Below are positions 22,901-40,049 of a DNA stretch of 64,000 bases, in pieces. Source of the stretch: Piromyces finnis finn (lineage: Eukaryota > Fungi > Neocallimastigomycota). The notes beneath the pieces are model-generated. The model saw only the letters and a program-made list of their open reading frames with translations. It was not told the origin of the DNA and made no database searches. The stretch is from the NCBI GenBank assembly GCA_002104945.1, contig MCFH01000008.1, positions 1 through 64,000 of the forward strand, written 5' to 3'. Position 1 is the first letter of the stretch. Each line of letters begins with the position of its first letter. Position numbers and translations under genes: made by a program.

Positions 22901-24019
22901 TGATCTGGGTATAATCATTGGTGGTTGTATTGATGTATTATTATTAGTAACCATGGGAAGTCTTTTTGAATCAAAAGATTTACTTGCTTTAAGACAGATT
23001 AGTTTTGAAAATGAAAGTGGATCTTGTGATTCACTAAAATTAATAGAAAGAAAGAGGAGGAAAAGATAATTATTATTATTATTATTTTTTTTAAAAAAAA
23101 AGTTATATTACGCTTTTTAATTAAAAAAAAAACAACATATATATAAAATTATAAAAAATATTTTGTAAATATTAATTATTTTTATACCTTTTTTGAACGG
23201 AATCATCGGATAATAATTCTGAAATGTCCAAATTATCATTCTTTTAAAATTTTTATTATTATTATTTTAAGAGAAATAGCAAAATCAGATAGAATTGTTA
23301 AAAAACAATAAATAATTAGTATAATAGTTTCCCTATAAATAAAAATAATAATATTTATTAGAGGGAAGGGAAAAAAATACTTTTATTTTTTCAAGAGAGA
23401 AGAATTTTATATCTAGTAGGATTTCTCTAAATTTATTTAATAAATAATAAAGAAGAAAAGAAAAAAAAAAGTTAATAAGGATGTATTATGAAAATGATGG
23501 TAATATATTCATATTAAATATTTTATATTTTATATTTTACCCTCTACAAACGAACTTATCTATTTTTTTTTTTTTTAAAAAAGAAAGTAAGTAAAACTAA
23601 AAAATTAAAATAATAAAATAAAAAAAATTTATTAATTTTACATTTCTGCCTATTTCTTTCCTTTAGATATATAGGATACCATTGTTTAAAGTTTTCTATT
23701 AGAAATTAAAGATTATTATAATTAACAATAAATTATTTCTACATATTAAATATATATATATATATAAATACCATTTTCAATAGCCATAATTAATGGAATA
23801 CGAGTTTCCCCTAAAAGATTATAACTATCTTCTGTATTATTATTAAAACATTGCATAAAGAAGGATGTTTTATTTTTAATAGCTTCAAAACTTAGTTTAC
23901 AATTCCATTCTTTTTTTTTTTTTTTTATTTTTTATTTTATATATATTTAAATAATAAAATTTATATATAAAAAAAAGATATTATTAATATATTAATAATT
24001 GGATATCTGCATATTTTAA

Positions 24020-24073
<54 letters not shown>

Positions 24074-24480
24074 TACTATTATTGTTATTATATATATATA
24101 TATTTATAAGCAACAACAACAACTATTATATTATAATTCTATTCTACATGATAAAAAGTACCAAATTCATCTCCTTGACCTTCAGCTGTTGTGGAAACTT
24201 TTGTTCCTGAAACATAATCAATTTTTATTATTGGATTTTTTATGGCCACATTTTCTTTTTTTTTTTTTTTAGGAGGACAAGGATAATATATTCATAAAAA
24301 AAAAAAGAAAAAAAATTATTTATTATTTATTATAATAATTTTGAATAATGAAAAAAAAAATACTTTTATAATACTTACGTTTAGTACTATTTTCAATTTT
24401 TTGAAGGCCTTTTGATTTAAGAACTTTTAGATATATTTTGGTGGTGGTAGAGAATGTAAAGGATATACATTATACATCAT
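19940..24480 (-). CDS. Multi-exon protein with an N-terminal C2-like domain and a long low-complexity region (ends approximate)
   Basis: Exons read by eye: KIYLKVLKSKGL, NPIIKIDY, WNCKLSFE...LLGETRIPL (C2-like). These are followed by ORFs 22709-22954, 20644-22446 and 19940-20422, with GT-AG junctions where checked. Confidence 0.55.
21150..21430 (-). repeat. Coding ~24-aa tandem repeats (RRKESSISNNIVGRNDNIINKSIV)
   Basis: About four imperfect units are visible in the 600-aa ORF translation. Confidence 0.7.
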
Positions 24481-25672
24481 ATTCATAGATTATAGGATTA
24501 TATGTATGATTATATGTATGATTATATGTATATTTTTTAATATCAAAATTATGTCAAAATCAAAAGTAAATTATTGAATGAGTCATGTCATATCATAGGT
24601 AAATTAAAACTTTAATTTTTTTTAATTAAAAAATTAACAACAACAATACTTACTTTCAACGCTTAAAATGCCTAGTGTTAAATTGGACATTGACAGCTTT
24701 ATTTTTGAATAAAATTTTTATTATTTTTTATTATTACTTTCTTTTTTTTTTTTTTTTTAGTAATGAAGATTTTTTTTATTTTTTTGTATATTAAAAATAA
24801 AGTTTAACAGAAAAATATAATATTTTTAAATATTTAAAATAATGAATACTTTTTTTTTTAGGTGTGGTATCTCGTTATAATATTAATATTATAAATAATT
24901 ATTGTTAGCTATTAGAATTAAATCAATTATTTCTTAATACTAATAGATGACGAATGACGAATTTAAGTATTTAGTATGATTTAGACGTTATAATTCTTTT
25001 GTTTTACAATTTTTATATATATAAATTAGAAGGATGAGGTTTTTTTTTTTATATATATTTGCTAAAAGTTTCAATATTAAACTATTATTAATATTTATTT
25101 CTTTATATTAGAAAAGTATATATATTAACTTGAATTTCCTTAAAACAAATAATTATTATTTTAATTTTTTAGTTTTTTCGTAAATATATATGTGCTATGA
25201 TATACTATGAGAGAGAAAAAAAAGGTTATAGTTTTTTTTTCTTTCTTTTATAGGTACAAAATTAAAATTTATTATTATGATAATATTATATTTTTTCTTT
25301 TTAGATGAATAATAGAATTCATATATTGCTTATTATGCAATATATTTATTCAATATACTATTCTTTTTATCATATTTTTTTTTACTTTTTTCTTTATTTT
25401 CTTTATTTTTTTTTTTACTTTTCTTTATTTTTTTTTTTTTAAAGAATAAGAAAAGGTAGAAAAAAAAATATTTTAAAATTTATTTTTTTTTAAAAAAAAT
25501 TTTATTTTAAAAATTTTAATATAATTTAAAAATCTTTATATTTGAAAAAAAAAGTATTTTAATTAAAAAAAAAAAAAAAAGCTTCAAGTGTTTATTTTAT
25601 TTTATTACAAAAAAATAAAGAATAGGCACAGCAAATGAAAGAGGAAAATATATTTTAAAATAAAAATATTAA

Positions 25673-26146
25673 TTTTTTTTTTAACGGCGGCATCAACTAT
25701 TACTAAACTTTATTATTAATTTAATTAAAGTTATAATACATGTAATATAAAAAAATAAAAATAAAAATAAAAATAAAAATTAAAAAAAAATATGTTTTAA
25801 CACAAATGAATAAAAATTGGGTATAATATATTAAAGTAAGAAAGCCACTATCATACTAAAGTATAATAATCGTATTTGACTTTCAATGGGACACCGAGTC
25901 AAAGATCAAAGTTTTGTTATGGGTCAAAATTATGATTTTCATTGGTTGCGCTGGCCCCTCTTGGCCTGTCTTACTGTTTCTTTGATGCTCTTGGTTATTG
26001 CTTCAAACCTTTTGAACATTGACCATTGCTGGCCAATAACAAAAGGCATGATTTTGGTTAGAAGTTCCTATGTTACCGTCAAGAATGGTGTTCCTTCGTT
26101 AGAGCCCAATTGAATCTGACATTTGCAAAGTTCTTTCCATTCCCTT
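25673..26146 (-). mobile_element. LINE-C: short 5'-truncated 3'-end copy of the LINE-B family
   Basis: Aligns along its length with 2758-3242 (AACGGC..CATCAA, 3' UTR, TTCCATTCCCTT), with substitutions and small deletions. 10-T tail. Confidence 0.9.
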
Positions 26147-27065
26147 AATAATTTCTTTTTTTTAAAAAAAGAGTATTTAAAAAAAAAAAGAAATTTATAT
26201 AATATAAAGGGAAAGAAAAAATTGCTGAAAAGTCAAAGTTATCAACTATTTATCATTCAAAGTATTGTCAAGAAGTTTCACGAAAATAATGTTTTTTTTT
26301 TTTTCTTTTTTTTTTTTTTTAATTATCAAAAAAGTTTGTTTATTATACTGTGTAACTAAATTTTTTAAATTATAATTCATTTTATTTTATATATATTTTA
26401 AACCTCTTATTGAAATTAGTTTAATATGAATAAATATAATATTATTATAATTATATCCTATATAAAAATTAAATATTAAAATGTGACGTTGAGGACGTCT
26501 TTTTTTTTTTTTTTTTTATTACTTTTATAATTTTAATTATTTTATATTAATTAATAGTTTATGTTGATGTAGGATTAATAATATTTTTGAGAAGATATAG
26601 AATTCATACATTATGTAAAGTAATACCACACTTTTTTCAATTATTACTATTTTTTTTTTAGTCGTATAAACCTAGAGTGTTTGGTATTATTAAGAAAAAA
26701 TTTTTTTTATATAAAGTATTTTTTTGATAAATTTATTTATAGCATTCATTAATTAATTATAATATACAAAAAAAAAAAAAAAAAACATTTTAAAAGATTT
26801 CATTGAAAATATAATTCAATTTTTTTGTTTTGTTTTTAAATTAACATCATATACACAACTATTTATAAAATGATTATTGTTTATACTTTTAATATCTTAA
26901 AAGTATAAATTTTAAAAAGAAAAGAAAAAAAAAAGATATTAAATAATTATAAATATGTCATTTTTTATATATATATATATAGAGTTGTTTGCGTGTGTGT
27001 GTGTGTTTTACTTTTTTAGTATATCTTTTTTTTTTTTCTCTTTTAGAATTAAATATTTTCATTAT

Positions 27066-28297
27066 TTATGCTTTACAGAAACCATAATTTGGTTGACATC
27101 CACTCTTAACTTTACAGAAAATATCTTCAGTACCACACCAACCGTATTTACTACAGCAAGTACCTGGGGCACATCTTCCAAAACCTTCACCACAACGACC
27201 ATCATCACGAATAATAGTATCATTATTGGTTACAGTAGTGTTTGAACATTTACCGTATTGTGATTGACATTTATTAGCAGCACAGTAACTTTCGGAAGTA
27301 CCACACCAACCATACTTACTACAACATTGACCGGAAGGACACTTACCATAAGATTTACCACAACGTCCTTGTGTATTTTTGTTTTTGTTAGAGGCTGGAT
27401 CCTTTGCCCAACAGACACCATATTCATTTTGACAGGTTGAAACACTACAGAATTCTTCGGTAGTACCACACCAACCATATCTACTACAGCAAAGACCACG
27501 ACCACAAGCACCATAACCCTTACCACATCTGTTACTTTGATGAGTAGTTGAAGTTGGTTTTGATTCTTCTTTAGTTGTAGTAGCAACTGGTTTAGCAGTG
27601 GTAGTAGTAGTTGTGGCTGGTTTTTCTTCAACATCAGGTTCAATTTTATTACCTTCTTTATCAATACAGAGGCCGTATTCTGGTTGACATTTATTTTCAA
27701 TTTTACAGTGAGCATCAGAGAAACCGCAGTAACCGTATTTACTACAACATTCACCAGCTGGACAGGATGTACCGAATTCTTTACCACATCTAATATCTTT
27801 TTCAGCATCATTATCATCAACAGTATTAATATTATTAATGACAGCAAATTTATTATTAACACTTGTTCCCATATTTACTGGTGAAATATTAACTTTTTTT
27901 TATGTGTATTTATGGAATAATGAAAAAGTTGTTTTATAAAATTTTAAAAGTTTGATATTAATTTTTTTTTATTAATATTATTTTATTTTAGGAATTATTA
28001 TTTTCAATTTAAATATAATATATCTATTTTTTTTTTCTTTTTACCTTTTTCACAGAAAATATCAGCTGGAATAGCCCATTTATTTGGATATTCTTCGTAT
28101 TGGTAGTGACAAAGATTAGTACCAGAATAATCACAAATAACATTTTCTGGAAGATCTGGAACTTTACCATATAAATTTTTACATGAAGAGAAATTACTAT
28201 TTTTTTTTTTTTTTTGATAAAAACGAAATGAAGAAAAAAAAAAAGTTAATTTGAATGAAAGAGGCATATATTATAAAAATAAAATGGAATAATACCA

Positions 28298-28354
<57 letters not shown>

Positions 28355-28781
28355 GCCATTATTTAATACACCACTGAATATTTATGTAATACATACACAA
28401 TAACCAAGTTTGATAAATTAACAATAGTAACTGGAAGAATTTCTAAACCAGAAGAAATGGCATAAAGTTGATTTAAGTTTGAAAGGTTACCAATATTAAC
28501 TGGTAATTGTTTTAATGAGATATCATTATTTAACATTCTATTTTTAATGGAATAGTGTTAAGAATAATTTAAAAATTAATAAAATATAAATATATATATA
28601 TATATTATAACATATACGTATATAAATTTTTATAGTTATAATAAAACTATAAAAGATAAAAAAAAATTAAAACTTACAAAATACTTAAATTCTTAAGTAA
28701 GGTAGTTGTATTTGGTAATTCAGTTAAATTTGGTAAATCAGACAAATTTCTAAAAAATTTAAATTTTTTTTTGAAAGGTAA

Positions 28782-28825
<44 letters not shown>

Positions 28826-28850
28826 AAATAAATAATAAATAAATAAATAA

Positions 28851-28885
<35 letters not shown>

Positions 28886-29527
28886 ATATTAAAAAAAAAA
28901 AAGGTATTTCTATTCTTACAAAATTTCTAAACGGGCTAAATCGTTTATATTGCTTGGAAGTTTTTTTATGCCTTTGTTACCAGAAAGATCTCTATAGAAT
29001 TATTTTTTATATATAGTATATATATATTGTTTGAGTGAATAATTTTGTAATGTCATTATATATAAATAATACAATTTTTTTTTTGAAAGGAAATGGTATT
29101 TACAAGGCAACTAAAGGTAATTTAGTAATATCTTCATCTACAGTAGTAAGGCCTAAATCACTGAAATCCCTATTTTTCATTTAATCATATTTATTATAAA
29201 AAGTATTATAATTTAAAAAATAAATATATATATACAAATATATTTATTTGTTAATATATATATTTAATCATAATTAATTGATTATTCAAATATAAATAGA
29301 TAAGGAGATATATTTTTTTAAAAAATCATATATATTTACAATTGAATAATATTTTTCATATCATCACTACAAACAACTCTATCGTTAAAACAACAAGATT
29401 CCATAGATTCTTTTATTCCTAAGATATTATTTACTATTTGACATTGTTCCTTAATACTTATTAAAGCATGTACAGATTGACTTGCTAAGGTGGTTAAAGC
29501 AAGAATATTAAATATTTTTTTAAACAT
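27066..29527 (-). CDS. Secreted leucine-rich-repeat protein with four C-terminal CBM18 (hevein) domains, 7 exons
   Basis: Exons 29527-29340, 29169-29104, 28991-28920, 28749-28678, 28537-28397, 28196-28045 and 27877-27066, all GT-AG and in frame. Signal peptide; LRRs (LDLSGNKGIKKLPSNINDLARLEIL); four RCG..CCS.YG.CG modules. Confidence 0.85.
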
Positions 29528-30771
29528 TTTTTTTTAAAAACAATAATGTATGTGTATATATAGTTTTAAGTTATTTCTATCTACAAATTTAAAAATTCTT
29601 TTAATGTAAATGATACAATGAATTGAATTTTTTTTTTTTATTTCTGAAAAAAATAAAAGAAAAAAAAAAATAAAATAAAAAATTAATATTGATTCATTTA
29701 TTTTTATTTTTTTTTTCTTTTTTAAAAAAAAATCTTGTTTCCTTTTTTAAAAATAAGTATCAAAAAGGTAAAAATATATATAATAAAAGAAAAGTTATTT
29801 TTAATTAACTTATGAATCCTAATTTTTTTTTTTTTTTTTTTAATAAATAAAATTTTGTCTTATTTTTATAATTATATTTCCAAATTTTCTATTTTTTTTT
29901 TTCTTTCTCTCCAATACTCTATTTTTTTTTTTTTTACTATATAATGTTCTAAAGGTAAAAAAAAAAAATAATTTTAAAGTTCTATATCTGTCAATACAAT
30001 AAGTATTAAATATCCTTTTTATTTTTTTTTTTTTATTTTTTTTTTAAAAAAATAAAAAAAAAAATAAAGTTGGTCAATGATATGAAAATAAAAATATTAT
30101 ATTAATAACTTTTTTTTTTGAAGGCTAAAATAATAATATTATACTTTAAATATATTTATTGATTAGAATGTATTCTAAAAATATGATATTAAGAATGAAA
30201 GAAATGCATTCTATTTATATATATATATATATGAAATTATTTAAAGTAAAAAGAGGGATAAAAAAAATATATTTATTATAAGACAAGAATAAAAGAAAAT
30301 CTTTTAAACTATTATCCTATTTATTATTTGTTTTTAATACTTAGAAAAAAAAATATTTTTTCAAAAAAAAAAAAAAAAAGAATATGACTTTATGATTATA
30401 TAAAAGATAGTTATAGAGATATTATCAAATTAAAAAATACATATATATATATATACTTATATGATGATTCATCCGTAATTAATATCATCATAATGGTTTA
30501 AAGAAAGTTTTTTGTACTTTTGTGATATATAAAAGTTTACAATTAATACAAAATACAAACCAGATTTTATTTTATTTTTTATTTTTATAATTTATTTATT
30601 TATAACTTCTTTTATATATATATATATATATATTTACTAATTTTTTAAAATGTATTACTTTTTAAAAATTAGTAAAAAAAAAAAAAAAAAGTGTATTTTC
30701 GATTTTTATATAAATATATATTATAATCATTTATTTTAATATTAACATAAATAGTATTATTATTTTATTTT

Positions 30772-30816
<45 letters not shown>

Positions 30817-31090
30817 TGTATTTATATTTCTATTATATTAGAAAAATCAGATTTGATTATTTATTTATTTTTATTTTACTAAATTTACTGTTTATCGTTT
30901 TTTTTTTTAAATAATTATTATTATTATACGAAGAATAAAAAAAATATTATTTTTTTTTCCTTAATTTACTAATTATTTTTTTTTTTTTAAAAAAAAAGAA
31001 TATAAAAGATTTTTTTTTTTCTTAATTTATTTGGGAAATAATATTTTGTTATATAGGATTGTATATATATATTTTTTAATTTCTATTTAT

Positions 31091-34647
<3,557 letters not shown>

Positions 34648-34866
34648 TTTTAATATCTTTAAAAATATTTGTAATGATAATTTAATATAAAATTATATAT
34701 ATAAATAGTGTATTAATATCAATAATGATAATATATTTATAAAAAGGTTATTTTATACAAAATAGAAATTCAATATCCATTTTTAAATGTTGAATTTCCA
34801 CACCGAAAAGATAATTCGATTATATATATATGTTTTTTTTTTTTTTTTAAAAAAATAATAATAATA

Positions 34867-34921
<55 letters not shown>

Positions 34922-37640
34922 TACCTTTTTAAACATTTTGACTAATGTTTTTCTATAAACAAATAAGAATATTAAAAATAAATAATATTTTTTGTTGCTT
35001 TATTAAATTATTAATTTTACACAACAATCCTATAGGTTAAAATTATTAAATAAATATTAACAATTCTTTTTGAGTATGTATTGAATAGTGAATGAATAGA
35101 TTATATATTTGAATTAAATAACAACAAAATAGATAGATAATGATATATTAATTTATAATAATTTATAATATATAAAAGTATAATAAATAGAGAATTATTA
35201 ATTAGTAATGGTCTTTTTTTTTTTTTATAGGCTATAATAATAAATGACTATAAAATTTTAATTTTTCATTTTTTTTTAAAAAATGTATTTTTTTCTGTTT
35301 CTATAATAATAATTGTATTATCCTTTTTTTTTCTTTCATTCTTATTTTTGTTATATATAACTAATTTACTTATTCCTTTTTTTTTTTTTACAATATATAT
35401 AAAGTTTATAAATTATATTGAAAATATATTATTTTTAAAATTAATGTAAATTGATATATTCAAAGGTTTTTTTTTTATCTAAATATATATTTCATTTAAA
35501 GTAACCTCTTTTTAATTTTTCTAAAGTTTAAAGTCTTTTACATTATTATTTTTTGCAAAGCATTTTTTTTTTTTTTTTTTTTTTTTTTGAAATTATAAAA
35601 ATCGTTTATATTTAATTGAAATTTTTATTTTTATTTTATAATTTAATTTTTTAATATTTTCCACTGTTTTCACTTTTCCACTGTTTCCGCAATTATTTAA
35701 AAGACATTTTATTTCATTATTCAAGATTGACTTTTTTTTTTATACCGAATTTTATAAAATGGTGGGATTGAACAATTTTTAATTTCAATTTTTTTTTTTA
35801 TATTTATATTTCAATAATATTTTATTTTATTTTTTTTGGTGTTTATACTGGACGTTTACTATTTAAAAAGAGAAATGTTTAAATATTTACTTTTTTTTAC
35901 TTTTTTTTTTTTTTTTTTTTCTTTTATTTTTTGTGTGAATTTTATAAATAAAAGAAAAGAAAAAAAAAATATTTTTTTTTAATTTCAATTTTTTTTTTTT
36001 TTTTTAAATTTTCTTTTTTCTTTTTTTTTTTTTCTTTTTAAAAAATAATAATAAAAAAAAAAACAAAAAAAAAAGTTTCTTTTTTTCTTTTTTTTTTTTT
36101 TTTTTTAAATTGTTTTTGTGGTGAGTTGAAAGAAAAGAAAAAAAAAAAAAGTTTTTTTTTTGTTTTTTATTAATTTTTTATTAATAAATTTTAATTATTA
36201 TTAAATAGAAAAAAAAAAATTTTAAAAAATAAAATTATTATTTGAATATTTAATAATATTTGAATATTTATTATTATTATTATTTGAATATTATTACTAG
36301 TTAGAAATATACTTATACCTACTACTATAATTACTATTAGTAGTACACATATTACTATTGCTATTAATTTGATTTTATTATTTCTATTACTACTACTATT
36401 ACTATTATGATTACTACTACTACTACCTACTACTACACTATTATTACTATTTTAATCACCATCACCATCACCATCACCATCACTTGCTTTTCTACTACTA
36501 TTATTAACGTAATTTTGTGGTTAGCGGCTTTTTTTGATCTGGTAAGATTTCTGGTTAAATTTTTTTTTTTTGTATTATCCAAATCTTTAAAAGTTTTAAA
36601 TTTGTATTTAATTTTTAATATATTATAATATATTATGAACTATATATTGTGAATAGTATTTTATGATGTTTATATTTAACTTTTATTAAATTTGTTTTTA
36701 AATAAATTACACCTATATATTAGAATATAATTCATTAAATTTATATATATTATTTATTATTGTTTTTTTATTAACCAATATAATTTTTTAATTTATTTTG
36801 GTATCTTTCAATATATTACCATTATATTATATATATATATTTATTTATAAATTTATCTTTTAATAATTTTGAAATTAAATTTCAACGAATCATATTTCTA
36901 GATGATTTTAAAATTTGTATTATTTATATTTAAAATAAATTAAATTAATTTATTGAGATAATATATTATTGTATTAAAAATCTATTTTAAAATGTTGTAC
37001 AGAAACATTTTTACAGATGAATTTATAGTGAATATATGGTGAATAGCTAAAAATATATTGAATATATTAAATAATATATAACAACTATTTATTTGCAATC
37101 AATTCAAATTAAATTAAAATTTGTGGTGGTGCGAAAAATTTATTGTTGTAGGCAAAGGAAACTTTTAATGCTAGTAATCAGCGTAGATAGTATTAATAAT
37201 AGTAGGATATTGTAATAGTCATTGTAATAGTCATTGAAATATAGTAGTATATATATTGTGATAAAATGTAATAAAAGTAGTAGTAGTGGTGGTGGTGGTA
37301 ATAGTAGTGGTAGTAATACTATATAGTAATGCTAATAATATCATTTATTTAATGATAATATTTATGGTATTTATGGTAATACTAACAATATCATTTATTA
37401 CAATTTAATGATAAAGACTTTACTAGAAATGAATCAATGAATTCCTTTTTTTTTTTTTGTATCGTTACTTTAAAGGATTCTTAAAAATGTTCAATATATG
37501 TTCAAGGTTAAAAATTGACAATAAAAGAAAATCTCAATTATTTTTTTACAACAATAAAAATTGACAATTTTTTGGAAATGTATCCACTTTTTTTAAAGGG
37601 ATTTAATTATATATACTATTATCCTTACCATTATTATTAC

Positions 37641-37828
37641 TATTAATACTATTATTATTACTATTATTATTACAACGATCTATCTACCTATCTATTAATA
37701 CTATTATTATTACTATTATTATTACAACGATCTATCTATCTATCTATTAATACTATTATTATTACTATTATTATTACAACGATCTATCTATCTATCTATT
37801 AATACTATTATTATTACTATTATTATTA
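37641..37828. repeat. 52-bp tandem repeat, about 3.6 copies
   Basis: TATTAATACTATTATTATTACTATTATTATTACAACGATCTATCTA(C/T)CTATC at 37641, 37693, 37745 and 37797. Confidence 0.9.
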
Positions 37829-40049
37829 TGACTGTTATATAACTATCTATGATATTTAAATAATATATACATATATACTACCTTTCACAACAACTTTATT
37901 TTGGGTATTTTTAAAAATTTGTTTTTGTTGTATATATAAAAAATTATAACTTTTTTTTTTTTATTGAAAAAAAGTAATAGAATTGAAATGTAGGTATGAA
38001 TATATATATGTATGAATATTTCAATTATAATAAAAAGAGGATTAGCTGTCTTTTTATTGTTTAGTAATAAAAATTATTTATTTGTTGAGATGAAATGAAA
38101 ACTTTATCAAAAGTAATAATTTTTAAAATTTGTTTCTTTTTTTTTTTTTTAAAAACAAAAACAATAAATACTTTATATATGTTTTTTTTTTAAACAGTAT
38201 ATAACATAACAAATAATACACTTTTTTTTTTTTTTTTTTAGAAAGAAATGATACTAATAAACAATATAATTATTCTTTATTAATATAGAATCATTTATTC
38301 TTTTTTATTTTATAAATTTAATTAATAATATTAATATCATTTATCATTTATTTATTTTAATAAGCATCGGATGACCCAAACCTACTTTATAAATTATATA
38401 AATTAAAATATATAAATTTATTCATGGAACGGTTACCGATGGCATTAGAGAACTTATAATTTGAAAAATATTAAACTTTTTTTTTTTTTTTTTAATTATA
38501 CAAGATTTTAATTATTAATAATTATAAAAATTATCATTAGGTTAACCTAGAAAAATATTGGATTTTAGCCATCCAATATGATTATAGAAATATATAGGTA
38601 TATTTTTTGTTTTTATATATATGTTTGGATTTTTTTTTCTTAAATATTCAGTAATGAATTTATATATATATATATTAATAATATTGATCATGAGTTTAAA
38701 ATGTAATAGCTTAATGATAGTTACTAAAAATAAAAATAACATTAAAATAAGGAATTATCTATTACCTACACACTACAATTACCTCTACAAAAGAAAATGA
38801 ATACTATATATGGATTAAAAGTTTTATATAAAATATAAATCATATTTATTCTTTTTAATAATAGTTTAAAAGTATACGATGATGTATAATAGCAATAAAG
38901 TAAAATATAATTAAAATATAATTGCCTTTTTTTTTTTTTTTTATAAAGTTTCCTTCAAATTATCTTTTAAAAGTTTAATTTTTTTTTTAAAGTCTAACTC
39001 TATTTATAATGAAAAAAAAAAAAAAAACTATAATTTTAATAATTATTACCATTCATTTCATTATAAAAGTCATTTGATAAAAGATGAATTTAAAAATAAC
39101 TTTTTATTTTATTTGTTACATTTCACTGAGAAACACTTTTTTTTTTTTTTTTTTTAACCCTATAAACTTATAAATTTTGAATGAAAAAAGTCACATTCAA
39201 TTATGTCATCATGCAATAATCTTGTGATTTCAGATGATTTTTTTTTCATTTTTTAATATCTATTGATTATCCAATAAAAATTCAATACAATGAAACTATG
39301 GATCATACATTTACATTCATTCGATGTCAACATTTATCATTAATCGTGTTAATGATAGCATAATTGAATCATTAAAAAAAAAAACAGCTGTTAATTTCAT
39401 CCCATTGGTATGTCTAATACTAAATAGTGACAATAGTATCTATCTTTTTTTTTTTTTAATTCCTAAACATATTAAAATTTAGTTAATTTATTTTTATGAA
39501 AATAAAAATAGATTTGAAAAGTTTACAAGTTTTATTAATTCTTACTTAATACTTTTCTACTTTTTTTTTTTTTATGTTTACCCTTAATATAAAAAAGGGG
39601 AGTAAAGGAAAGAAAAGAGTATACATATATATATACATAAAATTTTTTAATTTTTAAATTGTTTTATTTTATTTTATTTTTTTTATTGTTATTATTTATT
39701 GTTATTTATTTTTTTTTTTTTTTTTTTTTTTTTTGTTGTTGAATCTATACTCAAAGGTATACAATTTTATAAAAGATGTATATATATAAATCAAATCAAA
39801 TGAGAGAAAAAAAAAAGATTAAAATTTTAGTCAAAAGAAGAAAAGGTGGAATGAATGTTTTTTTTTTTTTTTTTTCATGATAATATTAATAATGAAAAGA
39901 ATAATGGTGTTTTTTCCTTTTTTGTAAAAAGGAATGAATGGATGAAAAAAAAAAAAAAAAAAGATGATAGTACATAGAAATAGATAAATTATTTATTTGT
40001 TGTTATTATTTATTACTGAGGGGATTTTCTTTTTTGGCTTAAATTACAT

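Noticed and set aside
25886-26113. 75-aa plus-strand ORF
   Set aside because: It is antisense to the LINE-C fragment.
25660-26160. Target-site duplication for LINE-C
   Set aside because: Both flanks are AT-only and no convincing direct repeat was found.
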